DNA of 20,000 bases from an uncultured virus (IMG/VR IMGVR_UViG_3300006738_005066). Lineage: Duplodnaviria; Heunggongvirae; Uroviricota; Caudoviricetes. Shown piece by piece: positions 17,577-20,000 of the stretch (the first letter of the stretch is position 1; every line of letters starts with the position of its first letter). The position numbers were made by a program, and so were the translations under genes. The stretch lies in the IMG/VR virus record IMGVR_UViG_3300006738_005066, one strand, 5' to 3'. The notes beneath the pieces are model-generated. The model saw only the letters and a program-made list of their open reading frames with translations. It ran no database searches and was not told the origin of the DNA.

Positions 17577-17717
17577 ATGAAACAGTTATTATTGGATAGC
17601 CTAGCTTTAGGCAAGGACCTTTTGTTATTGAAGGGCCCCCGCGAGATGTATGTTCTCTTGGTTTTGAACGGCGCCGCCGCCACCGCTGTCGGTGTTGTTG
17701 TCGGATCGCTTCTTTAG
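17577..17717 (+). CDS. 46-aa small hydrophobic protein, probably single-pass membrane (not in ORF track)
   Basis: Manual translation: MKQLLLDSLALGKDLLLLKGPREMYVLLVLNGAAATAVGVVVGSLL*. AAGGA SD upstream; fills the gap between primase and 17724; its TAG is part of the next gene's TAGGAG SD. Confidence 0.65.
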   Translation: MKQLLLDSLALGKDLLLLKGPREMYVLLVLNGAAATAVGVVVGSLL

Positions 17718-17723
17718 GAGAAA

Positions 17724-18161
17724 ATGATGAAGCTTATAATGGAAAACTGGAAGAAGTTTTTAAACGAAGACAAAGTCTCGGATAAAATCGGGATCCTTAA
17801 AGATGAGGGATACCCAGAGGATCAAGCGGTCGCCATTGCTCACAGCATGAAGAGGCAGAACAAGCTTGAAGAGTATACCGCGGATGAAGTCCGTGCCATT
17901 ATGAGCGCCGGAGAAAGAGCCAAAGCAGAGCCGCCCGCACCCCCTCAGGTACCGGCATGCGATCCGGAAAGCGAAGAGATAAATATAGAAATTCTTAATG
18001 CAGCAATCGAGGCTCTGGAAGGCTCTGATATGGCAGACCAATTGGAGTGCTTTAGAAGCCAACTGCGACGCGCCTTCGCTGACGATGGCGAGGATGCCTC
18101 TCCACGACCAGATTTTGGCGCACCCCTAGAGCCGGGCGTAGTAGGCTTTGAAGAGGAATAA
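17724..18161 (+). CDS. Small acidic hypothetical protein with N-terminal MKLIMENWKKFLNE leader-like helix
   Basis: AGGAG SD; 145 aa; contains GYPEDQAVAIAHSM; very acidic C-terminal half. Confidence 0.7.
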   Translation: MMKLIMENWKKFLNEDKVSDKIGILKDEGYPEDQAVAIAHSMKRQNKLEEYTADEVRAIMSAGERAKAEPPAPPQVPACDPESEEINIEILNAAIEALEGSDMADQLECFRSQLRRAFADDGEDASPRPDFGAPLEPGVVGFEEE

Positions 18162-18163
18162 CA

Positions 18164-18571
18164 ATGAAAATTACGAAACAAAGACTTAACGAGATTATCA
18201 AGGAAGAGCTTCAACGTACTCTTTCCGAAAGCTTAGAAGTTCAATGGTCGAAGCACAATCAGGCTCCAAGTGGGATGCGCGGGGATGTCTATAATGTTGA
18301 GGACGAACAGCTTATTCAACAAGCCCTTGGCCCAGATTATTATGTGGTAGAGTATCAATACGATGCCAGCGGTGAAGCCGGCATGGAAGCTCAAGACCGC
18401 TCCCGGGCATACTTTGATAAGTATGTAAGCCGTCCAACCCAAGGCCCCGGCGGCGAAATCGTTGTAATGCCGCAGAAAACTCTGGAACAAGGAGGCCGCC
18501 GCGTTCATTATTTTAAGATGGCCCATGACCGTGATGAAGACGGCAACATGTATGCGATGCTGGTGACCTAG
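18164..18571 (+). CDS. Leader-family protein 1 (MKITKQRLNEIIKEEL + unique body)
   Basis: GAGGA SD; starts 2 nt after the upstream stop; shared leader. Confidence 0.8.
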   Translation: MKITKQRLNEIIKEELQRTLSESLEVQWSKHNQAPSGMRGDVYNVEDEQLIQQALGPDYYVVEYQYDASGEAGMEAQDRSRAYFDKYVSRPTQGPGGEIVVMPQKTLEQGGRRVHYFKMAHDRDEDGNMYAMLVT

Positions 18572-18572
18572 A

Positions 18573-19004
18573 ATGAAAATCACCAAACAAAGACTCAAAG
18601 AGATTATCAAGGAAGAGCTTTCGAGGACTTTAGCGGAAGCTCAAAACCCCCAGGATTTGGCAGATATCGTCCTCCGCCAGGTTCTCCGAAAGCTTAACCG
18701 TCTCCCGGCGCAATCCGAGGATCTGGGTCAATTGTTCTTTACGACGGATCGTGAAGAACCCCTCGAAGCTCTCCGAAAGAACGTTAGCCTCTTGTTCACA
18801 CAGCGCCTTCACTCGGTTCTTTATGACTTCGACAGGCCCGGGCACGAAGGGCGCCGCCCCGCCTTCACCCGCGAGGAACGTCAGCTTCTGGCGCAAACAG
18901 CCATTTCAAATAGCAAGGAAGAGTTCAGCCGGGTACTTGCCGACATGTCAAAGCGCTACGAACCCGTAGCGGCCGAGCGCGCGGATGTCCGTGCTGGGCG
19001 ATAG
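18573..19004 (+). CDS. Leader-family protein 2 (MKITKQRLKEIIKEEL + unique body)
   Basis: Starts 1 nt after the upstream stop; shared leader. Confidence 0.8.
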   Translation: MKITKQRLKEIIKEELSRTLAEAQNPQDLADIVLRQVLRKLNRLPAQSEDLGQLFFTTDREEPLEALRKNVSLLFTQRLHSVLYDFDRPGHEGRRPAFTREERQLLAQTAISNSKEEFSRVLADMSKRYEPVAAERADVRAGR

Positions 19005-19015
19005 AGGAAAATAAA

Positions 19016-19270
19016 ATGAAAATCACCAAACAAAGACTCAAAGAGATTATCAAGGAAGAGCTACTTAAGGAAGACGATGACATCAGCCCCGGCGCATTGC
19101 TTAATGATATAACGGCACTTGCCGACTTGGCCGATCAGTTACGTCAAAAAATCCAGAAGGCTGCATTTCGCAATTTGGAACAACATCCCCAAGTTCGTGA
19201 GGCAATCAGTGCCTTAGAGGAAACGAAGGCTTTGTTGGAGAGTGAAGTAAAAATTAAAAGGAGTGAATGA
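19016..19270 (+). CDS. Leader-family protein 3 (MKITKQRLKEIIKEEL + short helical/coiled-coil-like body)
   Basis: GAGGA SD; shared leader; heptad-like L/I spacing in the body. Confidence 0.8.
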   Translation: MKITKQRLKEIIKEELLKEDDDISPGALLNDITALADLADQLRQKIQKAAFRNLEQHPQVREAISALEETKALLESEVKIKRSE

Positions 19271-19273
19271 CAA

Positions 19274-19375
19274 ATGAAAAATATCTTACATAAATTAGCA
19301 AACTTATTTAACAATAAACATTGTTGTTGTTGCTGTGGTTGTTGCAGCTGTGTGAATGAGGAATGTTGTAAGTGA
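19274..19375 (+). CDS. 33-aa cysteine-rich, metallothionein-like peptide (not in ORF track)
   Basis: Manual translation: MKNILHKLANLFNNKHCCCCCGCCSCVNEECCK*. AAGGAG at 19258-19263; starts 3 nt after the upstream stop; its TGA overlaps the next GTG (GTGA). Confidence 0.65.
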   Translation: MKNILHKLANLFNNKHCCCCCGCCSCVNEECCK

Positions 19376-19788
19376 AGCTCACTAAACAAAGGCTCAAAGA
19401 GATTATCAAAGAAGAGCTTACGAAGTGGGAGTGGGAGGGTTTCAAATTAAAGCCGGAGCAGAAACCTTTTGTGCTTCGGTTTGATGGCACCAGCGATTAC
19501 TTGCTCCAATTGACTCGCAAAGGCCGCGGGAACTGGAGTGCGGACACCGTAAAAGATCCCGAGATGGCCAAGCGTTTTGAAGATATTGATCGCGCAATGG
19601 ACGTTCAAAGCAGGTTAAAGGAAGAGGCCCTCGGCTTGGTCGAAATTATTCCTCTAAAGTCACTCCTGCGTGACGACGATTCCGCACAAACCGTAAAGGT
19701 GAGCGCTCCCACGGATAAAAAGGTGGACAGACTTCGCCGAGGGCTTAAAACAGGTCGCTGGCGCGATCTGGAAGAGGGAGAGAAGTGA
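19372..19788 (+). CDS. Leader-family protein 4 (MKLTKQRLKEIIKEEL + unique body)
   Basis: GTG start with GAGGA upstream; shared leader. Confidence 0.8.
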   Translation: MKLTKQRLKEIIKEELTKWEWEGFKLKPEQKPFVLRFDGTSDYLLQLTRKGRGNWSADTVKDPEMAKRFEDIDRAMDVQSRLKEEALGLVEIIPLKSLLRDDDSAQTVKVSAPTDKKVDRLRRGLKTGRWRDLEEGEK

Positions 19789-19823
19789 CCGGATCGCGAT
19801 GATCCTCCGGAGGAAGATTAACA

Positions 19824-20000
19824 ATGAAAATCACTAAACAAAGACTCAAAGAAATTATTAGAGAAGAGCTGTCCCGCACGAACGAGGGGCGGTATATAGG
19901 ACATGAGATGGGTCCGCGCGCAGGGGGCACCCCAGAGGAGCGCCTTATTAACAAACTTCTAATTCGATCGAAGGTCGAGAAGGCCGGAGGCGATCCCAAG
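19824..20000 (+). CDS. Leader-family protein 5, 3'-truncated (MKITKQRLKEIIREELSRTNEGRYIGHEMG...; not in ORF track)
   Basis: GGAGG SD; ATG at 19824; 59 open codons to the window end; shared leader. Confidence 0.8.
   Translation, partial: MKITKQRLKEIIREELSRTNEGRYIGHEMGPRAGGTPEERLINKLLIRSKVEKAGGDPK

Larger units (their letters stand above)
18164..19871 (+). repeat. Five dispersed ~48-nt direct repeats encoding the shared leader (at 18164, 18573, 19016, 19372, 19824)
   Basis: Consensus atgaaaatcacNaaacaaagactcaaagagattatcaaggaagagct. 18572-18619 and 19015-19062 are identical. Start-to-start spacings are 409, 443, 356 and 452 nt. Confidence 0.92.

Noticed and set aside
19144..19389. Minus-strand ORF with a poly-Q run, or a (TGT)n microsatellite
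   Set aside because: It is the antisense shadow of the Cys codons. The + strand 33-aa ORF has an SD and tiles exactly between its neighbours.
18164..19871. Regularly spaced ~48-nt repeats as a CRISPR array
   Set aside because: Intervening segments are about 310-400 nt and protein-coding, the repeats vary at synonymous positions and begin at start codons, and no cas genes are present.
638..19999. The other short minus-strand and nested alternate-frame ORFs in the track
   Set aside because: All lie within or opposite longer, tightly packed + strand genes and show no recognisable motifs. Recurrent 'IISLSLCLVIF' peptides are just the antisense of the leader repeat.
18164..20000. Diversity-generating retroelement or integron behind the variable cassettes
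   Set aside because: There is no reverse transcriptase, no TR/VR pair with adenine-specific mismatches, and no integrase or attC-like sites in the window.

Overview
The window looks like a fragment of a large, uncharacterised tailed-phage genome (inference from dense co-oriented + strand genes, overlapping stop/start codons and phage-type RuvC and primase). It has three blocks. (1) 1-16120: eight large genes, probably virion tail/baseplate components, including two paralogous pairs and a 5'-truncated >1600-aa protein ending in a protamine-like Arg-rich tail. (2) 16120-17563: a RuvC-like Holliday junction resolvase and a Zn-finger/TOPRIM DNA primase. (3) 17577-20000: small accessory genes. The most striking signal is in block 3: five small genes share a 16-aa N-terminal leader (MK[I/L]TKQRL[K/N]EII[K/R]EEL, two copies identical over 48 nt) fused to unrelated bodies. 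This resembles a 'targeting leader + variable cargo' system analogous to T4 internal proteins. The block also hides two ORFs absent from the ORF track: a 33-aa peptide with 10 cysteines and a 46-aa hydrophobic peptide. A candidate promoter motif, ACTATTTAT, recurs three times shortly upstream of gene starts. No database searches were run; functional calls rest on motifs recognised by eye.
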